DNA of 64,000 nucleotides, from contig NW_003314289.1 of assembly GCF_000143415.4 (NCBI RefSeq), positions 1,606,293 to 1,670,292 on the forward strand, read 5' to 3'. Position 1 is the stretch's first letter. Each line of letters opens with the position of its first letter. A program made the translations under genes and the position numbers. The notes below the pieces were generated by a model that saw nothing but the letters and a program-made list of their open reading frames with translations, did not search any database and had not been told where the DNA came from. Below are positions 1-11,323 of this stretch, piece after piece. Origin of the DNA: Selaginella moellendorffii (Eukaryota > Plantae > Lycopodiophyta).

Positions 1-810
1 GCATGCCACCTTGTCGAACAATCCTCCGTGTGGAACAATGTACTTCTTGGTGGTGATGCTGTCCCGTCGGGCCGTCGCAGCAAGCCCCTCGGCCGAGTTT
101 CGTATCCGGGCAAGTATGCAGTGGTGGTAGAAGTTTCCAACTATTCCCACCATGAACACTACAACTCCTAACCACATTGTGTTGTACGTAGGCTGGTAGC
201 ACATCGCCTCGGCAATCTCTTGGGCGTAAAAGAGATTGAGTGACAGTAGCGCGAAAGTCAGCGACACTAACATGCTCGTCACTCCGCATATTGTTCCGGT
301 ATACTCATGAAGAAAATTCACCTAGCAGTTGCAAGTAAGTTAGCTTTGCTTCAATGGAGTTTGTTTTTCTCTCTTTACTATGTGAGCTGCAATGCAAATA
401 GGTACCTCGAGGACTCGTTTGACGAAATGCAAAGTCATGGCTGCCGAGACGAGTACTATGCGCAAACTGGCACTGTTGTGGAGGCGGAGATCGTATGCCC
501 AAGTGGAGAGTCGCATCGCCTCCATGAACGTCGGTGCGTCAAAGTACTCGAGTTTGTGGAGCAAGAAAGCCGAGCAGAGCAACGCCGCAGGGAGGTAGAA
601 CATGAGCATTCCAATCTTGCTGGGCAACTGGAGGATCTTCTGCTGGCGACCGGCAAACTTGGAGTAAGGCAGTGCCGCGCCACGAAACTCCTGGAGCGAG
701 AGGAGGACGCCGCCGACGAAGAGCAGCATCTCCGATCCCCATACGTACCTGGAACCCGAGCCCGTGAAGAAGAGGTACGAGGAATCCGGGCGGCTATCGC
801 CGAAGAACAT
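1..810 (-). CDS. Steroid 5-alpha-reductase / enoyl-reductase-like membrane protein (3' end outside window)
   Basis: Exon 810-406 (…LPYSKF…LHFVKRVLE), GT-AG intron 405-322, exon 321-1 (VNFLHEY…GNFYHHCILARIR…YIVPHGGLFDKVAC). These are typical steroid dehydrogenase family motifs. Confidence 0.85.
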
Positions 811-1155
811 CTCAATCTCTCACTGGGCTTCAGTTTCTTCCAGGAAATCGAGCATCACGGTCTCGTCGTCCAGTTCTTCGCGTCTTTCATCTCTTCTCGG
901 GGCGGTGGTGGTAGAATTGCTCTTCCTCTTCGCTGGACAGAAGTTGCTAAACCGGATAATTCGGTGTCAAAGGGACACACGGTGCATCGCTTGATCCGAC
1001 GGTGGAGGTTGAGTCCCTCAAAACGGTAACTTGAAGGGCTGGAGATCTGTTTGTGAATATACTGGAATAATAATATTTAGGGTTCTTGCAAGGTCTTAGG
1101 GTTCTTTTTTGTTTGGCTCTGTTGGTCGAATCGATCGATCGATCGATCGATTTCC

Positions 1156-1499
1156 ATGGCAACCACGGCCACGCAAGACGGCGCCGCGGCGACGGAGGAG
1201 GTGAAGCTCGATCTCTTTGAGGACGACGACGAATTCGAGGAGTTTGAGAACGGAGGTAAGCACGATCGCAATGCTAGGGCTACAGTCGCTGGAGCTGGAT
1301 TCTTCCCCTTCTTTGATCTCCAGAATGGGACGACAAGGAGGAGGAGGACGCGCTCCAGCCGTGGGAGGACGATTGGGACGACGACGACGTCAATGACGAT
1401 TTCTCGCAGCAGCTTAGAGCGGAGCTAGAGAAGAACGAGTCCCAGGCACCGAGCGACGATATTTCGCAGCAGAAGAACACCAATACTTCGAGCTCCTAG
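1156..1499 (+). CDS. DSS1: DSS1/SEM1 26S proteasome lid subunit
   Basis: Exons 1156-1255 and 1324-1499 give LFEDDDEFEEF…WEDDWDDDDVNDDFSQQLRAEL, the DSS1 signature. Confidence 0.95.
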
Positions 1500-1719
1500 G
1501 TAGTGGTAATCATTCTTTCGTCCTCTATTCTTTTTTGTCTAAGAAGTCCTTGTCTTGGTGACAGATTGACTAGCCGATCTTAAAGCTCTTTGTCCTTTCC
1601 TGGTGGAATCAACCGAGCTCGATTTTTTTTTTCTTCGTGTTCTTACTGGCATCACATGTCAATGCTCCTTTCCTGCCATTGGGATTGCTGACTCTTTCCT
1701 CTATTTTTTTTGGTTTTCG

Positions 1720-1970
1720 CGTCATAACGGGTGTGTTTCCACTGTTGTAGTTCTAAGTGTGCACACAGGGACGCCAAGTAAGTTTGCGTTGTTTATTTGG
1801 ATTTGAATGGTCATAACGAGTGTGTTTTCACTGTTGTAGTTTTTCCAAGTGTGGACACAGCCAAGTAAGTTTGCTTTGTTCTGTAGTAGTTCTTCTAAGT
1901 TTGGACACAAGGAGGCTCTCCATCACAACCAAGTAAGTTCGCTTTGTTTATTTTGGATTTGAATTGTCAT
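1720..1970. repeat. Imperfect ~90-bp tandem repeat, about 3 partial units
   Basis: Recurring gtcataacg…actgttgtagt…ccaagtaagtt…ttggatttgaat segments. Confidence 0.7.
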
Positions 1971-2935
1971 GGTTGCGTGGCTCTCGGGCACAGTAGCGTG
2001 CGTTCTTGTGTACAGTGATTGTTTTTCTCTTAGAGCTTTTAGCTTTAGATTGTCTTCCCCCGAGTACTTGGTTCTGATTCCTTTGTTCAAATGCTTGCAG
2101 GTTCTTGGTGGAGGAGCTGGGGAACCATCTATGTCTAGCCAGGTAATATGTTCGTATTCTATTACGTAGAGAAGAGGTCTTATTACTTAGCAAAGTCTTC
2201 CTGTTCTGTCCTCTTCTCCGCTTCTCCGTCAACTCTTGCTCTCTTTCGCCCGCTATCCTACGTGCACATTGATGTGAGCTACGGACTGGTTCCAGGAAAT
2301 CTATTCCCGTTTTGTTAGATATTTCAAACTTTGTCACAGGATTGGCATTAGTAAGCCCCTGAAATTGAGCCTGCGAGCCCCTTCAAATTTCTGAATGGCT
2401 TTGTTTGTCCGCTTGTGGTGCGGTAGTACTCCTGTGATATTTCAGACAGCGAATTGATGGCTTACCATCAGCATAGCTTCAAGTAGTAAAGCTTTCCCTT
2501 GTTGAAACTTCCGTGCCGTATGACCGGGTGTGGGCTTTAAATTGATCTTCTGAAGCGCTGTCACTGACTCTTCTGATCGAAAATCCTTGCAGCGTATCTC
2601 TCCGATGTAATCTGGAAGGCATCAAGAGACGATAAGCTCAACGCAGGCTGACGAGATGGATGAACGAACGAGCGACGAACGAACAATAGCCCGCGGCCAT
2701 CCTGTACTACCGAGAATGCAAAGGTCCGGACTTTCTCGAGAGACTAAACGTGTTCGTGATGGACAGACAGACCAGACGGGGAACAAAGAAGAAGAGATAG
2801 ATGCAAGGAAAGAAAGCAAAAGGCCCGGCCACAGACCAACATAAGTATGCTACTACTTATGTATTCACCTGGGATCGCTGTAATGGGCCGCAGCCTCGGG
2901 AAGAGTTCTCGTGATGTCGGAAGGAAGAAATCAAA

Positions 2936-3613
2936 TCAGAGGAGATGGGGGTCACCTAGTCCGGAAGGTGATGAAGACGTGGTTGCCCCGGACAGAGCTG
3001 AGCCTGAGCCTCCAGAGCCTTCACTAGTGGTAGCAGCAGCGGCAGCAGCAGCAGCGGAGGCAGCAGTGGAAGCAGCGGCAGCGGCAGCAACAGCTGAAGT
3101 TGCAGAGCCTGGCCTCTTACGCTTCTTCTTCTCGTAGGCAATGCCACGAGCCTTGGCTTGCATCTCCCTCACTTCCCGAAGATAGAGACGGACAGCTCGA
3201 GCTCCAAAAGGATTCGACTCGGGTTTTCCACCGTGCTCCTCGAATGCAGCTCGGAGCCTTCCAATGAGTGCGTCGAGGCTCCCCCAGGCTTGTCGCAGCG
3301 GGCAGGCACAAGGTGCTGGTGGGTGTGCGAGGCCGAAGAAGGGGCAGGCTGGTGCGTGGATTTTCGTCTTACCGAACTGATCGAGGTAGCGCAGGAATTC
3401 CAGGACGTGAGCTCCGCTGCACCGGGAGAGCGCTAGAGGGGGCCGGTGGTTCTTGAGGTACTGGCCGAAGGTGTTCCAGTCGCGACGCTTCTGGGCCTCG
3501 TAGCGACTTGGAGGAGCTTGCTGGGACGAGGAAGCGTTTGCGTCGGCCCTGCTGGTAGAAGCTCCACCACCAGCAACTTCTCCGTTCGATTCATCTGGTA
3601 ACAAACCACTCAT
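2936..3613 (-). CDS. ALOG/LSH-family transcription factor
   Basis: [25 protein letters not shown]…[20 protein letters not shown]…[13 protein letters not shown] is the ALOG domain plus NLS. Confidence 0.97.
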   Translation of the reverse strand: MSGLLPDESNGEVAGGGASTSRADANASSSQQAPPSRYEAQKRRDWNTFGQYLKNHRPPLALSRCSGAHVLEFLRYLDQFGKTKIHAPACPFFGLAHPPAPCACPLRQAWGSLDALIGRLRAAFEEHGGKPESNPFGARAVRLYLREVREMQAKARGIAYEKKKRKRPGSATSAVAAAAAASTAASAAAAAAAATTSEGSGGSGSALSGATTSSSPSGLGDPHLL

Positions 3614-6600
3614 CTTCCTGTGAAGTTTTTCTTCTTTTCTTCTTGTCGATTGAGCTGACTGACTCTTGGATCTTCGTTTTACTTGCAGGAATTTAGGTCA
3701 ATAGTCGTCTCCACGAGGAGGAGGAGAAATGAAAACCAGTGAGGAGTCGGCTTCAACTTACAGGGCCCCAAGTTGTGATTTTTACCACCATCTGCCACTG
3801 CCAATGTGAAAGGCTGCTGCTGCTCGTGAAAGGGGGTCCTTGGGAATGGATCCAGAATCGCAGGACAGCGTACCATGCATCGAGGAAATCGGTACGCGAA
3901 AGAATGGTGTATAATGTTTTCCTTGATGATGATGAACCTGTGTGCTCCAGGAATCTCGAGAGAGAGGCGAGAGAGAGGGGTAGAAGTGAGAGACGCTCTA
4001 CGAGATGGAGAAAGAGACCGAGAAGCTTTGTTGAGGTATGTCCAGTCCAAGTCGCTGTTTGCCTTCCACAGTGATGCCTGTGATGAAAGAGAAAGGCAGA
4101 TGAAGCACAAGATCTTGTCAGAGACCGACCTGCTGTTGTCCAAGGCGAGATCTTTGCGCGCACTTGCCTCCCCGAGAAGGAGATCCTTCTCCAGAAGCTG
4201 CAGGCCAGATGGAAAGAGAGGGGGGAGGGGGGGAGAGAGCTCTCGGAGAAAAAAGAAACGAGAAAGAGAAAAGAGAAGGCAGACAGGAGGACGAGGAAAG
4301 GAAAAAAAAAAATGGAAAGAAAGAAGGGAATCAAAGCAGCCAGATGGGGGAGGAGTGGGATGGGGTAGTGCAAATGCAGATAAGTGATATGGGCAAAGAC
4401 GAACAGTTCCAAGTTGAAGGAAAGGGGGAGGAAGCGATAAACCTGTAAGTACTATGCCTGTTGTTTGGACAAGTAGATATCTAAACGAGGTTGAACGCTG
4501 CAGGGGCAGGGAGGAGGGAGTAAACGAGAGGGCGAAGCTGGAGAGCACACGGATGATCGTGGCAGTGGCAGTAGCGGAGCATTGATGGTGCCCTCCTCGA
4601 GGAGAATCGCCCCTGCAGAGTAACAAAGAGGTACAGCCATAGCTATATCTCTACCGCCTTAAGTTGGAGCTTTGGATCTCTTCTCTTCGCTCCTCTTCTC
4701 TCAGCTTCTACCATTGCGGCTGTTTGCGATTACTACATAGGTAAACGGGGAGCGATGGAGGGGATAAGATGGAAGACGCTGCTCTACTAGGAACTTGGGA
4801 GGAAAAAAAGCACACAAAAACAAAACAAAGGTAAGTTTTTGCGATATTTTTTTCGTTTTTTTTTTCTTTTCTTTCTTATGTGTGTTGCTTTGTAGGGTCA
4901 AGGCGTGGGGGCCCTCATGCAAATGCATAACGTGCCATAAGGCTCACGCCAGCCAAGGAAGAAAAAGAATTTCTATATGCTCCGGCTTGGCACGGGGATC
5001 GAACCCGGGAGCTACTGGAGCTTGATTAGTGGGAGATTAATTGCTAGGTGGACGTCGTTATCGTGGGACAAAGCACGATTATTTGATTTTTTTTGGCACT
5101 ATAGATGTAGAGTGGGGCGGATTCTTTTAAGATTAAGTTGGGCCCCTTAGAGCATACCACTATGTAGCTTCCCTTTGGGAAATAAGAGATTCTTTTAAGC
5201 ATTGGTACTATCTATGCGGAAATAATTGTTTATAATGGCCTTATATACAAAATTCAAAGGGCATCAATGCAGCAAGTTGCAGTACAATGCCCCACCATAT
5301 GGAACACATCAATCAATCAATCACAACACACCAAGGTACGAGTAGCAAGCTTCAATTTTCATCATCCATTCCATTGGGTTCCATTCCATGTCAAAATTCT
5401 CCAGCACATACAAAAGACACATACACATATTTCTTGTAAAGATTTCGTGGATCTTTTCAAGAAGTCATTTTTATTTTCCTTTTTCACCTATGTAGGTTGT
5501 GACTTTTTCAGAAGAGATCAAGTTCTCAACTCCAATGGGTCCCTGTTTGGATTTTGTAGGGTGCAATACGCATCCTCTAAAATGACGGAGGGTATCTTAC
5601 ATGCATAAGTGGTTGTGGTGAGTGCTGCTTCAAAGAGAAAAAGAATGAAAAAGAAAACATGATTAAATCTAATATATTCTTGTTTAGTTTGCATGTCAAC
5701 ATTCCCTTGCTTGTCCACATGGGCTAAACTATTGATCTGGACAAGAAAATCAAGTGTCAAAACTTTAAAAAACTAGAAATAAAATACAAAAGAGAAAGTT
5801 CTTTAAAAACCTTTTTTGGTTTGCTTAAGCAAACCTATAGATGGTAGTGAATATACCTAGAGTATGCTTGGATATTCTAGGATATTCTACCATCTAACGG
5901 TTGGTATTCATTTAGATTAATCTGGTATTTATAATTTATAAACTTTCCTAAACCCTTTCTAGTATATTCTTTTTTATTCTATCATCTAATAGTTGATATG
6001 CAATAAGATTAATCTTGTGTCTATAAATTACAAACATGCTTATAATTATAAACTTTATTTGATCAATTAGATTAATAAGTAATAATAAAACTACCATTAA
6101 GCAAACCAAGCGTTGCTACATGCAATGTGTAGCAATTTATTTAAACAGTGTGTAATTGTTGTAACTAAAAAAAATATAACTATTTTATAAGTAGCTACTT
6201 ATGTTTAGTTTTTGTAATAAATATGTAATATTCTAATTTTAAACTGAAATTTGCTAAATTTATTAAAATTTAAAATGATTAAATATTAAATAAATAAAGT
6301 ATTGTGAGGTCCAAATGTATGGCTATGATGCCATATACTAATATTAGCATATATTGGGTTTTTGATAGTCATTAAATTGATTTCAATTCGGATCACTCAC
6401 TCTTATCTATAATCTAAGGTTTTTAGGTTAGTTAATATGCACATTTCTATATTATTTTTCTATATTCTATACACTCACATTGGTGGAGGTAAGGAGAAAT
6501 TTTGATATTCTCTGAGGAGTGCTTGGATTTGGAATTTTGGTTTAAATTTAATTTTTAAATTGTTTAGATTTCACTTTCTTTATAGCTTTTTAAATTTTTT

Positions 6601-7045
6601 CTCTTTTGTTTTTTTTCATTTTCATAGGAGAGTAGCATCCTCCACCTCCTTTAACTTTGGAGTAATAATTGGTGCAATTGCTCGATGTTATATAGTTGTA
6701 GTTGAACAATCAAACTTTGTGGCATTCACGGCACGTGGTATAACTCCTTACTTTTACTACCAATCCTCACATCCAATCAAAATTCTTCCATGAGAATCGT
6801 AGGAATTGATTTGATCACTTTACAGTGATTGCTAACTATCATTTTTGGGATGATGTTTAGCGTTTGCATGAATTTCCCACATATCTCTAAGGAATGGTGT
6901 TATAATGGTACAATGGTTTGTACACAATTACTCATGTGGATTAAAGCATTCTCCTATATGTCTTCAAGCACACATTTGGATAATGATAATATCTTCTAAC
7001 AATTGCATTGTCTTCATTAAGGGTTATTTAAGGTAGTGATGTAAT

Positions 7046-7228
7046 TGTAAGTAATTAAAAGAAATGATCTATAAGGGTTTAAATATAGAGGGAAAGGGCC
7101 TATAAATAAGAGTGCATCCCATTTTTCAATCGATTAAGGGTCTTGGGATATTTAGGGTTAAATATCTTTAAGTTTGAATAGTATTGGGATGGGTGACCTC
7201 TCGAGAAGTCTAAATTCTAGAGCTTATA
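7046..7228 (+). mobile_element. Cassandra-like TRIM LTR with 5S-like segment, followed by a PBS remnant
   Basis: TGTAAG…AATAGTATTGGGATGGGTGACCTCTCGAGAAGTC…AGCTTATA, then TTTGGTAT a few bases downstream. Confidence 0.75.
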
Positions 7229-8781
7229 GTAATTTGGTATTCACTTCCAAAACCTTTTGCTTTGTACGGAGCCAAATATGTCAAATGTTATGGCTAGCAC
7301 TTTATTAAAATCTTATGGGATTTATGCATACACTTGCTCTAACCACCCTTAACAATACTCTTCAACTAACAAAACATTATGAGACATTGGCTTTTTCACT
7401 TCTCACTATATGTTTTTCAACTCTACTTCTTATGGGAGATGGTTTTGTTTCAATGGAGGTTGATCTTGCTGCTCATATTCAAGGACAAGGGGGAGGATAT
7501 AGTTATGGTTATGATGTTCGCTACTGGGTGTGTGATGAGATTGGTCATACATATTGGCATTATCAGCATTTTCCGGATTAGTATTTCTTGGGTGGATGTC
7601 GCGAATGTGACTTCGGGTATTGAAAGTTACCTATCAGCTAGTCCTTACGGACACTCTTACCTTATTGCCACGATGGCAGGAGGTCGGTATTGTTGGACCC
7701 ATTATCAGTTTCCCACTTGGGCTAGTTGAGAAACTGGTCAATGACCATGTACTTAAATCGGATAAACATAAGGTAGGAACCTTATGTGTTTCTTGCTGAG
7801 CATACTCGGCCTGGTTTGAGAAACTCCTGTCATTGTCTTGCACTTGCTAGTATCAACAACCCCCGCGATATTGAGATTGGTCCCTCAACATCGCTAGATG
7901 ATAGCTTACCGTGTCTGCCAAACACCCTTGCTATCATGCCCTTTATGTTAGTCTCATTTCGGTCCTAAATGCTATTTATGCAAAGTGTCCAGATTTGTTC
8001 ATTTGGCATATCTACGGAATGTAGAGATCGGCCTGAACACAATGGTGTTCATCCCACATCCAAATTTGCAATCTAAGGACATTCCATATTTAGTAAGTTT
8101 CAAGTTTGTCCAAGAGATTAACTCCTAATACTAAAGGAGGCTTGGGGTGAAAGCCCAAAGCGTGTGTTCCTTAAGGGGGGGGGGGGGGGGGGGGGGCTAT
8201 GGGGGTTCCAAATGTATAGTAGGGATAGTGGGTAGGTCGGGCATGGCTGACTAACCTGAGGCATAGTCTAGCTCCCGCTTGTGTGCCTGTCCTTGTTCTG
8301 CGTCCGGCTTAGGTCTAAGCCCAAGTTCCATTCCATGCTAGCTGGTGGAGTACCCATATCCTCACGCTAGGTCACCAGTATGCCGAAATATCGCCAGATT
8401 CCATTTGGCTCCGTTTTGCGTGTTGGTTCTGGCATTAGGATGCTGGTTACTCCAGGACTGTTCTAAGTCACTCCGGGCCCCTGTCCCTTCGCTCCTTGGG
8501 CTGTATGCTCAGGAGTTGCTCCATGGTCTGGTTCCATCACTCCTTGGCTCCACACTTGGGAGTTTGGCACCATTCCTTCGTTCAGTGGCCCAAGGCTTTA
8601 AACCTCGGGTTCCTATGGACACGTGGCATGACCATGTGGTATGTGACACGTGGCATTTGTCACGTGGCACAAAGAGGGTTTAAGTCCTGCTTCGTGGTGT
8701 TATCCTATAGTAAATCACCATAGGATAAAGGGTCAAAACCACATACGCTACAATGGAGGCTTTAGCATCAACAATGTTCTA

Positions 8782-8968
8782 TTGGTACTACTATGGTGAA
8801 AGGTTGGATACCAAGATTCTTCTGGAAAATAAGGAATCTTACGAGTACTGGAGAGTCCTTGCGCAAATAAAGATGTTGGTACTGCTATGGTGGAAGGTTT
8901 GGATACTGAGATTCTTCCAAGAAATAAGGAGTTTTACAAGTAGTGGAGAGTCCTTATGCAAATAAGAT
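8782..8968. repeat. ~94-bp tandem duplication
   Basis: ttggtact(a/g)ctatggtg…ggagagtcctt(g/a)…caaataa occurs twice in succession. Confidence 0.8.
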
Positions 8969-9066
8969 TATTTCTTTTGAGAGTATCATCAAGGGGTTCA
9001 CTTGACATTAATTCACTTGGCACCAATTCATCCAATAATTACTTTCCAAACTTATTTTTATAACAA

Positions 9067-9661
9067 TGTAAGCTTTTAAATTTAAACTTCCTGAGAGGTC
9101 ATCTAGCCTAATACTATTCAAACCCAAGGATGGTTAACCCCAAATATCCTAAGACCTTTAACCGATTGAAAAATGGAGTGCACTCTTGTTCATAGGCCCT
9201 TTCCTTTTATATTTGAACATTTATAGATCATCTTTCAAGTTGTTTTCTTTGGTTTTTTATAATCCATTATGCTTCCCTACAAGTTCACGCCCTTGTGAAT
9301 AAAAGCTAAAAGCCATAACTCTCCCAAAAACCCCACTCTCTTGACACCTTACCTCTCAAGTCGAGCCCAACTAAAGCACATTAGACCTGCCAAATATCAA
9401 TCAACATATGGTGTAATTCCTTTAATTAACCAATAGAGTTAGACCCAAGACTGTTTTAATACCAAATGTAACCTTTTGAATTTAAACTTCCCGAAATGTC
9501 ACCTAACCCAATACTATTTAAACCCAATAATGCTTAACCCCAAATATCTTAAGACCCTTAACCAATTGAAAAAAAGGGTGCACTTTTGTTCATGGGCCTT
9601 TTCTTTTTATATTTGAACCCCAATGGATCATCTCTCAAGTCATTCTCTTTGGTTGCTTACA
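9067..9661 (-). mobile_element. Complete Cassandra-like TRIM (LTR-internal-LTR)
   Basis: LTRs 9067-9261 and 9467-9661 with TGTAA…TTA(C/T)A ends, PBS-like TTTGGTATTAAAAC on the minus strand, and flanks AACAA/AATAA (5-bp TSD with one transition). Confidence 0.85.
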
Positions 9662-10199
9662 AATAAAAAGACTTCTATTATTCTCTCCGTGTTAGTTTAT
9701 ATAGGCTCAAGTTAATTTTCTATTACTCAGCCTATTACCATATATTGCCATCTATATTCACCTTATGTAATAAAGCCAATTTTCATTCTTTATGGCAATA
9801 GCCATACACATGTATATACATGGGATGAGACAGACTTATTTGTGTGTGTAAGCAATCTTGAGCTTGAGCTTGAGTCATTGTAGGTGGTGTTGAGTTAAGC
9901 TTTTGATATCATTTTTGGTATGGATTGGTTACTATACAATTATTCCAAGTGTGACTTTGAAGTTTTTCCCCCTTGTTTCATATTTTTTTATATTTCTTTT
10001 ATTCTTTTTACTTCTGTTCTTTTTTGTCCTTATTCTTCTACCTTTGCTTCCATCACTCTTATTTTTCAATTACTTCCTCTTATGTTTCCATCTTGCTTTT
10101 TTATTCCCTCTTTATATCCATCCAATAGTCTTTATGTTGTAATAGTTGACTGGCTTATGAAAGAGTATGTTAATCTCTTTGAATTTGACTTGTTGTCTA

Positions 10200-10560
10200 T
10201 TGCCAAGATTGCAACAGATCATCCTATTCCAATTAGGGGTGTTCATCCAATCAAGATTTCTGTTCATCATCAGTTGCTAAAGTAGATCAAAATTTTACTC
10301 GCAAATGTCAAAGAGATGTTGGAGAAGGGTGTTATCTAATAGTTATAGAATCCTTAGGTGTGTAAACCTCATTTTGTTATGAAGCTTGATAGGAGTATTC
10401 AGTTTTATATTGACTATTGGTTGTTAAACGAAGTGACAATTTTTCCTCACATTGTTAATCTCCTAGATCATCTAAGGAGAAGTTATTGATTCACCACGTT
10501 AGATCTTGCTTTGAATACTAGCAAATGTCGATAGCTGATAGTTATTTGCCATCTCTTTGG
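10200..10560 (+). pseudogene. Ty3/Gypsy reverse transcriptase relic
   Basis: Translates with stops and frameshifts to KLDRSIQFYIDYWLLNEVT…PHIVNLLDHL…FTTLDLA, matching the Gypsy RT consensus KKDGSxRxCxDYRxLN…PxIDDLLD…FSxLDL. Confidence 0.75.
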
Positions 10561-10739
10561 TATACATATGTCACAGAGATACATAATTCTATTACTACTT
10601 CACTATATAAAACTCTTATATGGTCATGATTCAATACTGCTAACAAAGTTGAGGTTACTTTCATAATTACCATGAGTTCTACTAAGTCTTAGGATTAGTA
10701 TTTAATGAGCATTCTTCCACTTGTTTGAATAGAGTCCAT

Positions 10740-11323
10740 TGTAGTCAACCAAAGAGAACAACTCAAGAAACGATCCATGGGTTTTAAATATAAAAGGAAA
10801 GGGCCCATGAATAAGAGTGCACTCTCTTTTCCAATTGGTTAAGGGTTTTGGGATACTTGGGGTTAAGTATTATTGGGTTTGAATAGTACTAAGTTGAGTA
10901 ACTTCCTAGAAAGTCTAAACTTATGAGTTTATATTTAATATCAGAGCAATTTCGAGTTCGACTCTATTGGTTGGCTAAGGGAATGTTAAGATTAACATTT
11001 GGTAAGTCTAGTTTGCTCCGGTTGAGTTCAACCCAAGGGTAAGATGTCCCAAGAGCCCCGCTCTCGAGGGAGTTGCGGCTCTTAGCTTCTGTTCACAAGG
11101 ACGTGAATTTGTAGGGAAGCATAGTGGCTTGTAAACAACCAAAGAGAACGACTTGAGAAATGATCCATGAGATTCAAATATAAAGGGAAAGGGCCTATGA
11201 ATAAAAGTGCATCTCCTTTTTTAAATAGTTAAGAGTCTTAGGATATTTGGGGTTAAGTATCCTTGGGTTTGAATAATACTGGGTTGGGTGACCTCCCAAG
11301 AAGTCTAAACTCAAGAGCTTACA
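10740..11323 (+). mobile_element. Complete Cassandra-like TRIM (LTR-internal-LTR)
   Basis: LTRs ~10740-10933 and 11130-11323, PBS-like TTTAATATCAGAGC (tRNA-iMet type TGGTATCAGAGC), purine-rich tract before the 3' LTR, and flanks TCCAT/TCTAT (TSD). Confidence 0.85.

Noticed and set aside
307-1029. 240-aa plus-strand ORF
   Set aside because: Antisense shadow of the steroid-reductase-like gene.
3679-4640. Long overlapping ORFs (315, 219 and 170 aa) upstream of the ALOG gene
   Set aside because: They arise from low-complexity GA/CT-rich leader or promoter sequence, show no domain and have biased composition.
7150-7215. Functional 5S rRNA genes at the 5S-like matches
   Set aside because: Only the internal promoter segment matches, the 5S termini are absent, and the matches lie inside LTRs.
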